From Phyllobates terribilis (Eukaryota): a DNA stretch of 64,000 nucleotides. Location: assembly GCF_046119375.1 (NCBI RefSeq), contig NW_027362762.1, forward strand, positions 130,758,001 to 130,822,000, written 5' to 3'. The translations under genes and the position numbers were made by a program. Below are positions 27,101-39,600 of the stretch, piece after piece. Positions within the stretch are counted from its first letter, which is position 1; each line of letters starts with the position of its first letter. The notes beneath the pieces were generated by a model that was given only the letters and a program-made list of their open reading frames with translations, searched no databases and was not told where the DNA came from.

Positions 27101-27997
27101 CTGTGACCGGTTTCTGACCTGGAGTAGCACCTGGTCCCCCTGCTCGGTTCCTCCCTGGTTCACGGAGTCGACTGAGCCCCGTGCGACCTTTGTCGGATCG
27201 GGTTGATACTTAGTTATGCCCCTCTAGGCATTCCTCGGTTCATGGTACAGTGGGATCACTAATCACGCTCACGCCAGTTTGCCCGGGCATGTGCGTAACA
27301 GAGGTTGGGGCGAAATTGCTCCCCTCTCAGGAAAGAGACCGGAGGTTCGCCGAGGGATTGTGTCTTTAGTGTGGTAAAGCTGACCATTTGATTAAGTATT
27401 GTGAGCTTCGTTTAAGTAAAGAAAAAAAAAAGGTCAGTTACGCCCGTATAGCTTGTTTACGCTCTGCAGGAGTATTTCTTTCTGGGAGTACTACTTTGCA
27501 GGAAAATTTGATTGAATTTCAGGTATTTGTGGATTGTGATTCAACACTTAATGTGATTGATAAAGGGTTTTTGGAAAATCTTAAATTGAAATCCAAACCT
27601 TTGTCATCACCTATTTCTGTGATTGCAATTGATAACACTCCCATGAAATGTATTACTCACAAGGTTGCTGCATTTTCCCTCACTGTCAATGGAGTTCACC
27701 AAGAAATTTTGGACTTGGTTGCATTAGATAATTTACCCTCTCCGGTCGTTCTAGGATTGCCTTGGTTAAAACTGCACAATCCTTTGCTGGACTGGTCTAC
27801 TAATGTGATTAAGTCTTGGAGTCCGAAGTGCTATGATAAATGTTGTAATGGTCGCATTGCGGCTGTGGAAAAAGGGGAATTACCTGTACCTATTCAAGAT
27901 TTTTGGAGGGTTTTTTCAGAGGAGGAGTCGCAAGTTTTACCTCCTCATAAGGACTATGATTGCGTCATTGAGTTTCTTCCTGGAGCTACTCTTCCCA
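27101..27997 (+). mobile_element. Duplicated block: 3' end of LTR-A (27101-27300) plus Gypsy-B gag end, protease and RT start (27301-27997)
   Basis: Near-identical to 36436-37332 (offset 9335). Knuckle remnant CL*CGKADHLIKYC, protease-like FVDCDS, and LPPHKDYDC. Confidence 0.85.
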
Positions 27998-29135
27998 TCT
28001 CCCACCATGCAAGGCCGCAATCTTACCTATCAGGCCAGGCTGCACACTTTGCTCCAGTACCTGCTGTTTGTATGTCTCTTGTCTGCTGGCTTAGGGCGTC
28101 GGCGCTGTTGCTTCCTGATTCTTAAAGCTACAGTGTGCGCAGTCCTAATGCGTCCCCAGCCTATTGCTGTGAGTCACTGGATACTTAAACCCCCTCCACC
28201 CAGTAGGAGGTGCCTGAGCAACACTTTCTTACAGTGTGTTCTGTGCAACTGTGAGTTGCCAGGTCCTGTCCTGACTCTAGTCTGTTTCCGCCACCCTGGG
28301 GGCTGAGTACCCAGGGCCGCTACCTGTACCTGTGACTTCTAGTCAGTTTCTGCCACCCTGGAGGTTGTGTTCCCAGGCTCGTTCCTGTATCTTGTTCCTG
28401 GTTCTGATCCTGTCTGAACAGTGTCCTAGTCCGTTACTTGTTTGTCTCGATGTCTGTATCTTCCCTTTTTCCTGCAGTATCTGAACCTGCACATAACTCC
28501 AACTCGTTGTCTCTGTATTTCTGTTTGTGAGTTTTGTGTCCACTCGCTACTTCATTGTAAGTACCTTGTGTGTATCTGGTTCTGCTCTTTCTGTTTCCCT
28601 GCCTCTGTATCTTACTTCTGTGTTCCAGCTATCTTCTTGTGTTTTCCAGTCTGTTCCATGTGAACAGAGCCCTGTCCTGTCCCTGGTCCCTATCCTGCCT
28701 ACGTTCCTACCTGCCAGTACCAGCCTGTCTGCATGTCAGCCGTGCCTGCCTGTGCCCACCTGTCTGCATGCCAGCCGTGCCTGCCAGTGCCCACCTGTCT
28801 GCATACCAGCTGTGCCTGTCAATATCCACCTGTCTGCATACCAGCCGTGCCTGCTAGTACCCACCTGTCAATATGCCAGCCTAACCTGCCTGTTCCTGCA
28901 TTCCCCGGTGTGGGTCAACAGCTGTAACCGGGGTCTGACCTGAAGTAGCACCTGGTCCCTCTGCTCGGTTCCTCCTTTGTTCACGGAGTCGACTGAGCCG
29001 CCGTGCGACCTTGGTCGGATCGGGTTGATACTTAGTTACGCTCCTCCAGGCACTCCTCGGTTCATGGTACAGTGGGATCACTAATCATGCTCACGCCAGT
29101 CAGTCTGGGCACGAGCGTAACAGTTTGCTCAGGCC

Positions 29136-31245
29136 ATGTTTCCCGTTGAGCCCCACGGCCCTTCGCTCTCAGAGACATTTGAATCCTTGTCTGGCGAATA
29201 CGTGCACCAAGGAAAAAATTTTTTCGCAAGCTGAGGTCCAGGCGATTTACGCACCAGTCCAAATGGATCTATCAGCACTCGTTCCTGCGGATCCACCACA
29301 GTACTATGGGGATCCAAAACAAAGCCGTGCATTTGTGGAGCAATGCATGCTGCATTTCAAATTCTATGCTCATTATTTTCCTACCGATCGGGTTAAAGTA
29401 GCATTTCTGATGTCCTACCTAGCAGGTGATGCCTTGAAATGGATCACCCCCCTATGGGAAGCATGGGATCCTATCGTCTCTGACCTGCAGGCCTTCCTGG
29501 TAGCCTTTCTAATGGTCTTCAATGACCCTAATCCTGAAGCTTCTGCTAAAGCTTCCTTTCCCATATCCTGGAGCAGCCCCGATGGGTGATGTGTGTAGGT
29601 AGCCTATCAGTTCTCCAGCCTGAAGAGACTGCTGCCCACACAGAATCTACACAGGATGACAATGCTCCACAGAATACTTCCCTTCCCAACCTCAAGAGGC
29701 AGTCCAGACGTGCAAGGTGTAGAGGTAAACCGTCACGCCAGGTTCTGTCCTCCCAAAGACCTCCTGTTCCCCCGCCTGTAGAGGCAGCTATCCGCACAGA
29801 ATCCATGAAGGATGACTATGTTCGTCAGGCAAAGCAGAGGCCAGAACTCAGTCACAAAATCGGATTGCGGTCCCGCTGCGGTTGTTTGGGACCCCCTGAC
29901 GGTCTTTGTCCAGCGAAGGTTAGAGAATCCCAAGACATTAGGCCTGTAGGAGAGGCTGCCCTTGGCGTTAGTGTTTCCTCTCCACAGATGACCATGACTG
30001 TCTCCGTGGCAAGTGAAGGCCTCGGATTAACCGGAAGTTTCGGGCTTAAAGCCTTGAAGAGTCGGTGTCTGATTCCCGTCCGACAACCCCAGAAGCCGGT
30101 TTGGGCGTTGTCAGCGGAAGGACGAGCCCTACTCAGAAACAGTCAAAATATGTCTGTACAAATTAAGCTCCAGATTGGAGCATTACACATGAAGAAGTTC
30201 ACATTCCAGGTGCTGTCTGGTTTACCCACAGGTCGTCCAGAGCCGAGAAATCTACTGCCCGCTCAGGTCTGAAGATCCTGCATGGTGTTTCCTGGGGGAC
30301 TGCTGAGGTGTAAGGGGTGTCCAGTCCCCATATCTTCAGGACAGTCAGCAGTTTCTTCTTCTTCTTCACCAGATCTGCTAGTCGCTGACTCGCTGTGCGC
30401 TGAAGTCTCCGAAGGAAGGGAAGCGGAGGCATTGTCCCCACACAGTCTCGACGATTGTACCAATGATCTGGCTTTAGGCACCGCCCCGCTTCGCAGACGT
30501 GTCATCTCAGAAACCAGACTGAAGTTGGTCCCTAAGCAAGGATCCTCCATCTCTAACAAATCTGGCAATAAGTCCATCAAGGCGGTGGCTATCTCCAAGT
30601 CTCTGCACCCCTCCAACCAGGCGGGGGACCTCCAATAGCCTCCTGAATCCTCCAGGGTGCTATCTGATAACAAATGGAGAGACTTTTCTGCACCCTGTAA
30701 CTGGTACACCGCCCACTTCATCCAGTAAGCTTGGCAAAGTGTACGTCAAGGCGGTGGTTACCCCCGAGTCTCTACACCCCTCCAACCAGGCGGAGGACTT
30801 CCAGTTGTCTCCTGAATTCCCCGGGGTGCTTCCTGATAACAAATGGAGAGAGACTTTTCTGCACCCTGTACCTGGTACTTCGCCCACTTCATCCAGTAAG
30901 CTTGGCAAAGTGAACGTCAAAGCGGTGGTTAACCCCGAGTCTCTGTACCTCTCCAACCTGGTGGAGGACCTCCAGTTGTCCCGTGAATCCTTTAGGGTAC
31001 TACCCGATATTAACAAGTGGAGAGAGACTTTCCTGTGTCCTGTTCTTGGTACTTCACCCACTTCCTCTGTTGCTGAGGATGGATCGATGGGAGGAAGCAT
31101 CCTAGTCACCAAGATGGTGAGACCAGTTTTGTTCCCTCTAGTGGACAGAAGAGGTAATCTTCTTGAAGAGAAGGATCGGCCTCCAAATTCTCTGCAGGAA
31201 ATACTTACTGGCTTGAAGAAGAGGGGACGTAAAGGGGGGTGGTAC
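29136..31245 (+). pseudogene. Element A internal ORF remnants, copy 1: Gag N-terminal half, degenerate knuckle/protease-like region, 3x171-bp repeat, chromodomain remnant; no RT, RH or IN
   Basis: PPQYYGDPKQSRAFVEQCMLHF...DRVKVAFLMSYLAGDALKWITPLWE resembles the gag at 45305-46255. ILVTKMVR..LVDRRG..EE...GLKKRGRKGG aligns with the chromodomain end of the pol at 46767-49628. Confidence 0.7.
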
Positions 31246-32422
31246 TGTAACATCCCTGGCGGCGTGCTTGCATGGCTTATCATCTCCCATCATGCAAGAC
31301 CGCAATCTTACCTATCAGGCCAGGCTGCACACTTTGCTCCAGTACCTGCTGTTTGTATGTCTCTGGTCTGCTGGCTTAGGGCGTCGGCGCTGTTGCTTCC
31401 TGATTCTTAAAACTACAGTGTGCGCAGTCCTAATGCGTCCCCAGCCTATTGCTGTGAGTCACTGGATACTTAAACCCCCTCCACCCAGTAGGAGGTGCCT
31501 AAACAACACTTTCTTACAGTGTGTTCTGTGCAACTATGAGTTGCCAGGTCCTGTCCTGACTCTAGTCTGTTTCCGCCAACCTGGGGGCTGAGTACCCAGG
31601 GCCGCTACCTGTACCTGTGACTTCTAGTCAGTTTCTGCCACCCTGGAGGTTGTGTTCCCAGGCTCGTTCCTGTATCTTGTTCCTGGTTCTGATCCTGTCT
31701 GAACAGTGTCCTAGTCCGTTACTTGTTTGTCTCGATGTCTGTATCTTCCCTTTTTCCTGCAGTATCTGAACCTGCACATAACTCCAACTCGTTGTCTCTG
31801 TACTTCTATTTGTGAGTTTTGTGTCCACTCTCTACTTCATTGTAAGTACCTTGTGTGTATCTGGTTCTGCTCTTTCTGTTTCCCTGCCTCTGTATCTTAC
31901 TCCTGTTTTCCAGCTATCTTCTTGTGTTTTCCAGTCTGTTCCATGTGAACAGAGCCCTGTCCTGTCCCTGGTCCCTATCCTGCCTACGTTCCTACCTGCC
32001 AATACCCGCCTGTCTGCATGTCAGCCGTGCCTGCCTGTGCCCACCTGTCTGCATGCCAACCATGCCTGCCAGTGCCCACCTGTCTGCATACCAGCTGTGC
32101 CTGTCAATATCCACCTGTCTGCATACCAGCCGTGCCTGCTAGTACCCACCTGTCAATATGCCAGTCTAACCTGCCTGTTCCTGCATTCCCCGGTGTGGGT
32201 CAACAGCTGTAACCGGGGTCTGACCTGAAGTAGCACCTGGTCCCTCTGCTCTCGTTCCGCCCCTTGTTCACGGAGTCGACTGAGCCGCCGTGCGACCTTG
32301 GTCGGATCGGGTTGATACTTAGTTACGCTCCTCCAGGCACTCCTCGGTTCATGGTACAGTGGGATCACTAATCATGCTCACACCAGTCAGTCTGGGCACG
32401 AGCGTAACAGTTTGCTCAGGCC

Positions 32423-34532
32423 ATGTTTCCCGTTGAGCCCCACGGCCCTTCGCTCTCAGAGACATTTGAATCCTTGTCTGGCGAATACGTGCACCAAGGA
32501 AAAAATTTTTTCGCAAGCTGAGGTCCAGGCGATTTACGCACCAGTCCAAATGGATCTATCAGCACTCGTTCCTGCGGATCCACCACGGTACTATGGGGAT
32601 CCAAAACAAAGCCGTGCATTTGTGGAGCAATGCATGCTGCATTTCAAATTCTATGCTCATTATTTTCCTACCGATCGGGTTAAAGTAGCATTTCTGATGT
32701 CCTACCAAGCAGGTGATGCCTTGAAATGGATCACCCCCCTATGGGAAGCATGGGATCCTATTGTCTCTGACCTGCAGGCCTTCCTGGTGGCCTTTCTAAT
32801 GGTCTTCAATGACCCTAATCCTGAAGCTTCTGCTAAAGCTTCCTTTCCCATATCCTGGAGCAGCCCCGATGGGTGATGTGTGTAGGTAGCCTATCAGTTC
32901 TCCAGCCTGAAGAGACTGCTGCCCACACAGAATCCACACAGGATGACAATGCTCCACAGAATACTTCCCTTCCCAACCTCAAGAGGCAGTCCAGACGTGC
33001 AATGCGTAGAGGTAAACCGTCACGCCAGGTTCTGTCCTCCCAAAGACCTCCTGTTCCCCGGCCTGTAGAGGCAGCTATCCGCACAGAATCCATGAAGGAT
33101 GACTATGTTCGTCAGGCAAAGCAGAGGCCAGAACTCAGTCACAAAATCGGATTGCGGTCCCGCTGCGGTTGTTTGGGACCCCCTGACGGTCTTTGTCCAG
33201 CGAAGGTTAGAGAATCCCAAGACATTAGGCCTGTAGGAGAGGCTGCCCTTGGCGTTAGTGTTTCCTCTCCACAGATGACCATGACTGTCTCCGTGGCAAG
33301 TGAAGGCCTCGGATTAACCGGAAGTTTCGGGCTTAAAGCCTTGAAGAGTCGGTGTCTGATTCCCGTCCGACAACCCCAGAAGCCGGTTTGGGCGTTGTCA
33401 GCGGAAGGACGAGCCCTACTCAGAAACAGTCAAAATATGTCTGTACAAATTAAGCTCCAGATTGGAGCATTACACATGAAGAAGTTCACATTCCAGGTGC
33501 TGTCTGGTTTACCCACAGGTCGTCCAGAGCCGAGAAATCTACTGCCCGCTCAGGTCTGAAGATCCTGCATGGTGTTTCCTGGGGGACTGCTGAGGTGTAA
33601 GGGGTGTCCAGTCCCCATATCTTCAGGACAGTCAGCAGTTTCTTCTTCTTCTTCACCAGATCTGCTAGTCGCTGACTCGCTGTGCGCTGAAGTCTCCGAA
33701 GGAAGGGAAGCAGAGGCATTGTCCCCACACAGTCTCGACGATTGTACCAATGATCTGGCTTTAGGCACCGCCCCGCTTCGCAGACGTGTCATCTCAGAAA
33801 CCAGACTGAAGTTGGTCCCTAAGCAAGGATCCTCCATCTCTAACAAATCTGGCAATAAGTCCATCAAGGCGGTGGCTATCTCCAAGTCTCTGCACCCCTC
33901 CAACCAGGCGGGGGACCTCCAATAGCCTCCTGAATCCTCCAGGGTGCTATCTGATAACAAATGGAGAGACTTTTCTGCACCCTGTAACTGGTACACCGCC
34001 CACTTCATCCAGTAAGCTTGGCAAAGTGTACGTCAAGGCGGTGGTTACCCCCGAGTCTCTACACCCCTCCAACCAGGCGGAGGACTTCCAGTTGTCTCCT
34101 GAATTCCCCGGGGTGCTTCCTGATAACAAATGGAGAGAGACTTTTCTGCACCCTGTACCTGGTACTTCGCCCACTTCATCCAGTAAGCTTGGCAAAGTGA
34201 ACGTCAAAGCGGTGGTTAACCCCGAGTCTCTGTACCTCTCCAACCTGGTGGAGGACCTCCAGTTGTCCCGTGAATCCTTTGGGGTACTACCCGATATTAA
34301 CAAGTGGAGAGAGACTTTCCTGTGTCCTGTTCTTGGTACTTCACCCACTTCCTCTGTTGCTGAGGATGTATCGATGGGAGGAAGCATCCTAGTCACCAAG
34401 ATGGTGAGACCAGTTTTGTTCCCTCTAGTGGACAGAAGAGGTAATCTTCTTGAAGAGAAGGATCGGCCTCCAAATTCTCTGCAGGAAATACTTACTGGCT
34501 TGAAGAAGAGGGGACGTAAAGGGGGGTGGTAC
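32423..34532 (+). pseudogene. Element A internal ORF remnants, copy 2
   Basis: Near-identical to copy 1, with the same stops and frameshifts. Confidence 0.7.
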
Positions 34533-35499
34533 TGTAACATCCCTGGCGGCGTGCTTGCATGGCTTACCATCTCCCACCATGCAAGACCGCAATCTTACCT
34601 ATCAGGCCAGGCTGCACACTTTGCTCCAGTACCTGCTGTTTGTATGTCTCTGGTCTGCTGGCTTAGGGCGTCGGCGCTGTTGCTTCCTGATTCTTAAAAC
34701 TACAGTGTGCGCAGTCCTAATGCGTCCCCAGCCTATTGCTGTGAGTCACTGGATACTTAAACCCCCTCCACCCAGTAGGAGGTGCCTAAACAACACTTTC
34801 TTACAGTGTGTTCTGTGCAACTATGAGTTGCCAGGTCCTGTCCTGACTCTAGTCTGTTTCCGCCACCCTGGGGGCTGAGTACCCAGGGCCGCTACCTGTA
34901 TCTCTGACTTCTAGTCTGTTTCCGCCACCCTGGGGGCTGAGTACCCAGGGCCGCTAACTGTACCTGTGACTTCTAGTCAGTTTCTGCCACCCTGGGGGCT
35001 GTGTTCCCAGGCTCGTTCCTGTATCTTGTTCCTGGTTCTGATCCTGTCTGAACAGTGTCCTAGTCCTTTACTTGTTTGTTCCGATGTCTGTATCTTCCCT
35101 TTTTCCTGCAGTATCTGAACCTGTACCTAACTCCAACTCGTTGTCTCTGTACTTCTGTTTGTGAGTTTTGTGTCCACTCGCTACTTCATTGTAAGTACCT
35201 TGTGTGTATCTGGTTCTGCTCTTTCTGTTTCCCTGCCTCTGTATCTTACTCCTGTGTTCCAGCTATCTTCTTGTGTTTTCCAGTCTGTTCCATGTGAACA
35301 GAGTCCTGTCCTGTCCCTGGTCCCTATCCTGCCTACGTTCCTACCTGCCACTACCTGCCTGTCTGCATGTCATCCGTGCCTGCCTATGCCCACCTGTCTG
35401 CATGCCAGCCGTGCCTGCCAGTGCCCACCTGTCTGCATACCAGCTGTGCCTGTCAATATCCACCTGTCTGCATACCAGCCGTGCCTGCTAGTACCCACA

Positions 35500-36175
35500 A
35501 GCTTTGCTCTGCTTGTTCACCGCACCTGCGGTTTTGCTCTGCTTAGCTTGTTCACCGCATCTGCGGGTTTTGCTCTGCTTCGCGTGTTTACCTCATCTGC
35601 GGTTTTCCTCTGCTTTGCTTGTTCACCGCATCTGCGGTTTTTCTCTGCTTTGCTTGTTCACCGCATCTGCGGGTTTTGCTCTGATTGGCTTGTTTACCGC
35701 ATCTGCGGTTTTTCTCTGCTTTGCTTGTTCACCGCATCTGCGGGTTTTGCTCTGATTGGCTTGTTTACCGCATCTGCGGTTTTGCTCTGCTTTGCTTGTT
35801 CACCGCATCTGCGGGTTTTGCTCTGCTTTGCTTGTTCACCGCATCTGCGGTTTTGCTCTGCTTTGCTTGTTCACCACATCTGTGGGTTTTGCTCTGATTT
35901 GCTTGTTCACCGCATCTGCGGTTTTGCTCTGCTTTGCTTGTTCACCGCATCTGCGGGTTTTGCTCTGCTTTGCTTGTTCACCACATCTGCAGTTTTGCTC
36001 TGCTTTGCTTGTTCACCGCATCTGCAGGCTTTGCTCTGCTCTGCTTATTTACCGCACCTGCGGTTTTGCTGTGCTCCGCTTGTTCACCGCATCTGCGGGT
36101 TTTGCTTTGCTCTGATTATCTACCGCACCTGTGGGTTTTGCTCCGCTCTGCTTGTTTACCGCACCTGCGGCTCTG
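35500..36175. repeat. 35/36-bp tandem array (gctctgctttgcttgttcaccgcatctgcg(g)gtttt, ~19 units) inside LTR3
   Basis: Directly visible. Flanked by a ~190-bp direct duplication of LTR sequence (~35310-35498 and ~36200-36375). Absent from LTR1 and LTR2. Confidence 0.95.
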
Positions 36176-36635
36176 TTCCTGTATCCCAGTCTGTACTGGT
36201 CCCTAACCTGCCTACGTTCCTACCTGCCAGTACCCGCCTATCTGCATGTCAGCCGTGCCTGCCTGTGCCCACCTGTCTACATGCCAGCCGTGCCTGCCAG
36301 TGCCCACCTGTCTGCATACCAGTTGTGCCTGTCAATATCCACCTGTCTGCATACCAGCCGTGCCTGCTAGTACCCACCTGTCAATATGCCAGTCTAACCT
36401 GCCTGTTCCTGCATTCCCCGGTGTGGGTCAACAGCTGTGACCGGGGTCTGACCTGGAGTAGCACCTGGTCCCTCTGCTCGGTTCTTCCCTGGTTCACGGA
36501 GTCGACTGAGCCGCCGTGCGACCTTGGTCGGATCGGGTGGATACTGAGTTATGCACCACCAGGCATTCCTCGGTTCATGGTACAGTGGGATCACTAATCA
36601 CGCTCACGCCAGTCTGCCCGGGCGTGTACGTAACA

Positions 36636-39600
36636 GAGGTTGGGGTGAAATTGCTCCCCTCTCAGGAAAGAGACCGGAGGTTCGCCGAGGGATTGTGTCT
36701 TTAGTGTGGTAAAGCTGACCATTTGATTAAGTATTGTGAGCTTCGTTTAAGTAAAGAAAAAAAAAAGGTCAGCTACGCCCGTATAGCTTGTTTACGCTCT
36801 GCAGGAGTATTTCTTTCTGGGAGTACTACTTTGCAGGAAAATTTGATTGAATTTCAAGTATTTGTGGATTGTGATTCAACACTTAATGTGATTGATAAAG
36901 GGTTTTTGAAAAATCTTAAATTGAAATCCAAACCTTTGTCATCACCTATTTCTGTGATTGCAATTGATAACACTCCCATGAAATGTATTACTCACAAGGT
37001 TGCTGCATTTCCCCTCACTGTCAATGGAGTTCACCAAGAAATTTTGGACTTGGTTGCATTAGATAATTTACCATCTCCGGTCGTTCTAGGATTGCCTTGG
37101 TTAAAACTGCACAATCCTTTGCTGGACTGGTCTACTAATGTGATTAAGTCTTGGAGTCCGAAGTGCTATGATAAATGTTGTAATGGTCGCATTGCGGCTG
37201 TGGAAAAAGGGGAATTACCTGTACCTATTCAAGATTTTTGGATGTTTTTTTCAGAGGAGGAGTCGCAAGTTTTACCTCCTCATGAGGACTATGATTGCGC
37301 CATTGAGTTTATTCCTGGAGCTACTCTTCCCAAGCGTCGCTTGTTTAACCCCTTTACCCCCGAGGGTGGTTTGCACGTTAATGACCAGGCCAATTTTTAC
37401 AATTCTGACCACTGTCACTTTATGAGGTAATTACTCTGGAACGCTTCAACGGATCCGCCTGATTCTGAGTTTGTTTTTTCTTGACATATTGTACTTCATG
37501 ATTGTGGTAAAATTTCTGCGATATCACTTGCGTTTATTTGTGAAAAAAGCAGAAATTTGGCGAAAATTTTGAAAATTTTGCAATTTTCAAAATTTGAATT
37601 TTTATGCTCTTAAATCAGAGAGATATGTCACACAAAATAGTTAATACATAACATTTCCCACATGTCTACTTTACATCAGCACAATTTTGGAACCAAAATT
37701 TTTTTTGTTAGGGAGCTATAAGGGTTAAAAGTTGACCAGCGATTTCTCATTTTTCCAACAAAATTTACAAAACCACTTTTTTAGGGACCACATCACATTT
37801 GAAGTCACTTTGAGAGGTCTTTATGACAGAAAATACCCAAAAGTGACACCATTCTAAAAACTGCACCCCTCAAGGTGCTCAAAACCACATTCATGAACTT
37901 TATTAACCCTTCAGGTGCTTCACAGGAATTTTTGGAATGTGGAAGAAAAAAATTAACATTTAACTTTTTTCACAAAAATGTTACTTTAGACCCAATTTTT
38001 TTTATTTTCGCAGGGGTAACAAGAAAAAATGGACCCCAAAATTTGAAAAAGTGGAAAAAAAAACACTTTTTCATTTTTACGAATCAATTTGTGAAGCACT
38101 TGGGGGTTCCAAGTGCTCACTATGCATCTAGATAGGTGCCTTGGGTGGTTTAGTTTCCAAAATGGGGTCACTTGTGGGGGAGCTCCAATGTTTAGGCACA
38201 CAGGGGCTCTCCAAACGTGACATGGTTCCAATTTGTTAGCGGACACCATGTCGCGTTTGGAGAGCCCCTGTGTGCCTAAACATTGGAGCTCTCCCACAAG
38301 TGACCCCATTTTGGAAACTAGACCACCCAAGGCACCTATCTAGATGCATAGTGAGCACTTGGAACCCCCAGGTGCTTCACAAATTGATTTGTAAAAATGA
38401 AAAAGTTTTTTTTTTGCACTTTTTCATTTTTACGAATCAATTTGTGAAGCACCTGGGGGTTCCAAGTGCTCACTATGCATCTAGATAGGTGTCTTGGGGG
38501 ATCTAGTTTCCAAAATGGGGTCACTTGTGGGGGAACTCGAATGTTTAGGCACACAGGTGCTCTCCAAACACACCATGGTGTCCGCTAACCATTTGAGCCG
38601 ATTTTCCATTCAATTTGTTATCGGACACCATGTTGCTTTTGGAGAGCACCTGGTGGTCTAGTTTCCAAAATGGGGTCACTTGTGGGAGAGCTCCAATGTT
38701 TAGGCACACAGGGGCTCTCCAAACGCGACATGGTGTCCGCTAACAAATTGGAACCATGTCGCGTTTGGAGAGCCCCTGTGTGCCTAAACATTGGAGCTCC
38801 CCCACAAGTGACCCCATTTTGGAAACTAGACCACCCAAGGCACCTATCTAGATGCATAGTGAGCACTTGGAACCCTCAGGTGCTTCACAAATTGATTCGT
38901 AAAAATGAAAAAGTGGAAAAAAAATATTTTTTCATTTTTCCGAATCAATTTGTGAAGCACCTAGGGGTTCCAAGTGCTCACTATGCATCTAGATAGGTGC
39001 CTTTGGGGGTCTAGTTTCCAAAATGGGGTCACTTGTGGGGGGTTTCCACTGTTTAGGCACATCAGGGGCTCTCCAAACACAACATGGCGTCAGCTAATTA
39101 TTCAAGCAAATTTTACAATCAAAAAGTCAAATGGCGCTCCTTCCCTTCCGAGCCCTGCCATGCGCCCAAACAGTGTTTTTTCCCCACATATGGGATATCT
39201 GCGTTTCCAGGGGAAATTGCACAACAAATTTTGGGGTCCATTTTTTCTTGTTACCCCTGCGAAAATAAAAAAAAATTGGGTCTAAAGTAACATTTTTGTG
39301 AAAAAAGTTAAATGTTTATTTTTTTCTTCCACATTCCAAAAATTCCTGTGAAGCACCTGAAGGGTCAATAAAGTTCTTGAATGTGGTTTTGAGCACTTGA
39401 GGGGTGCAGTTTTTAGAATGGTGTCACTTTTGCGTATTTTCTGTCATAAAGACCTCTCAAAGTGACTTCAAATGTGATGTGGTCCCTAAAAAAATGGTTT
39501 TGTAAATTTTGTTGGAAAAATGAGAAATCGCTGGTCAACTTTTAACCCTTATAGCTCCCTAACAAAAAAAAATTTTGGTTCCAAAATTGTGCTGATGTAA

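Larger units (their letters stand above)
27998..36635 (+). mobile_element. Tandem array of non-autonomous LTR element A: LTR1(27998-29122)-int(29123-31245)-LTR2(31246-32409)-int(32410-34532)-LTR3(34533-36635)
   Basis: LTRs TGTAACA...CGTAACA, purine-rich PPT ...AAAGGGGGGTGGTAC before LTR2 and LTR3, PBS-position sequence GTTTGCTCAGGCCATG, 3287-bp period. LTR1 lacks its first ~34 bp. Confidence 0.9.

Noticed and set aside
19322-36175. CRISPR-like repeat/spacer appearance of the minisatellite and the 35-bp arrays
   Set aside because: The spacers are only C and CA runs or are absent, the context is eukaryotic, and no cas genes are present.
35161-36597. 478-aa Cys/Leu-rich ORF
   Set aside because: It lies wholly in LTR3, starts at GTG, and stays open only because the tandem repeats lack stop codons.
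37875-39290. Mirror-image ORFs on both strands inside the foldback element
   Set aside because: They result from inverted repeats; no piggyBac transposase motifs were seen.
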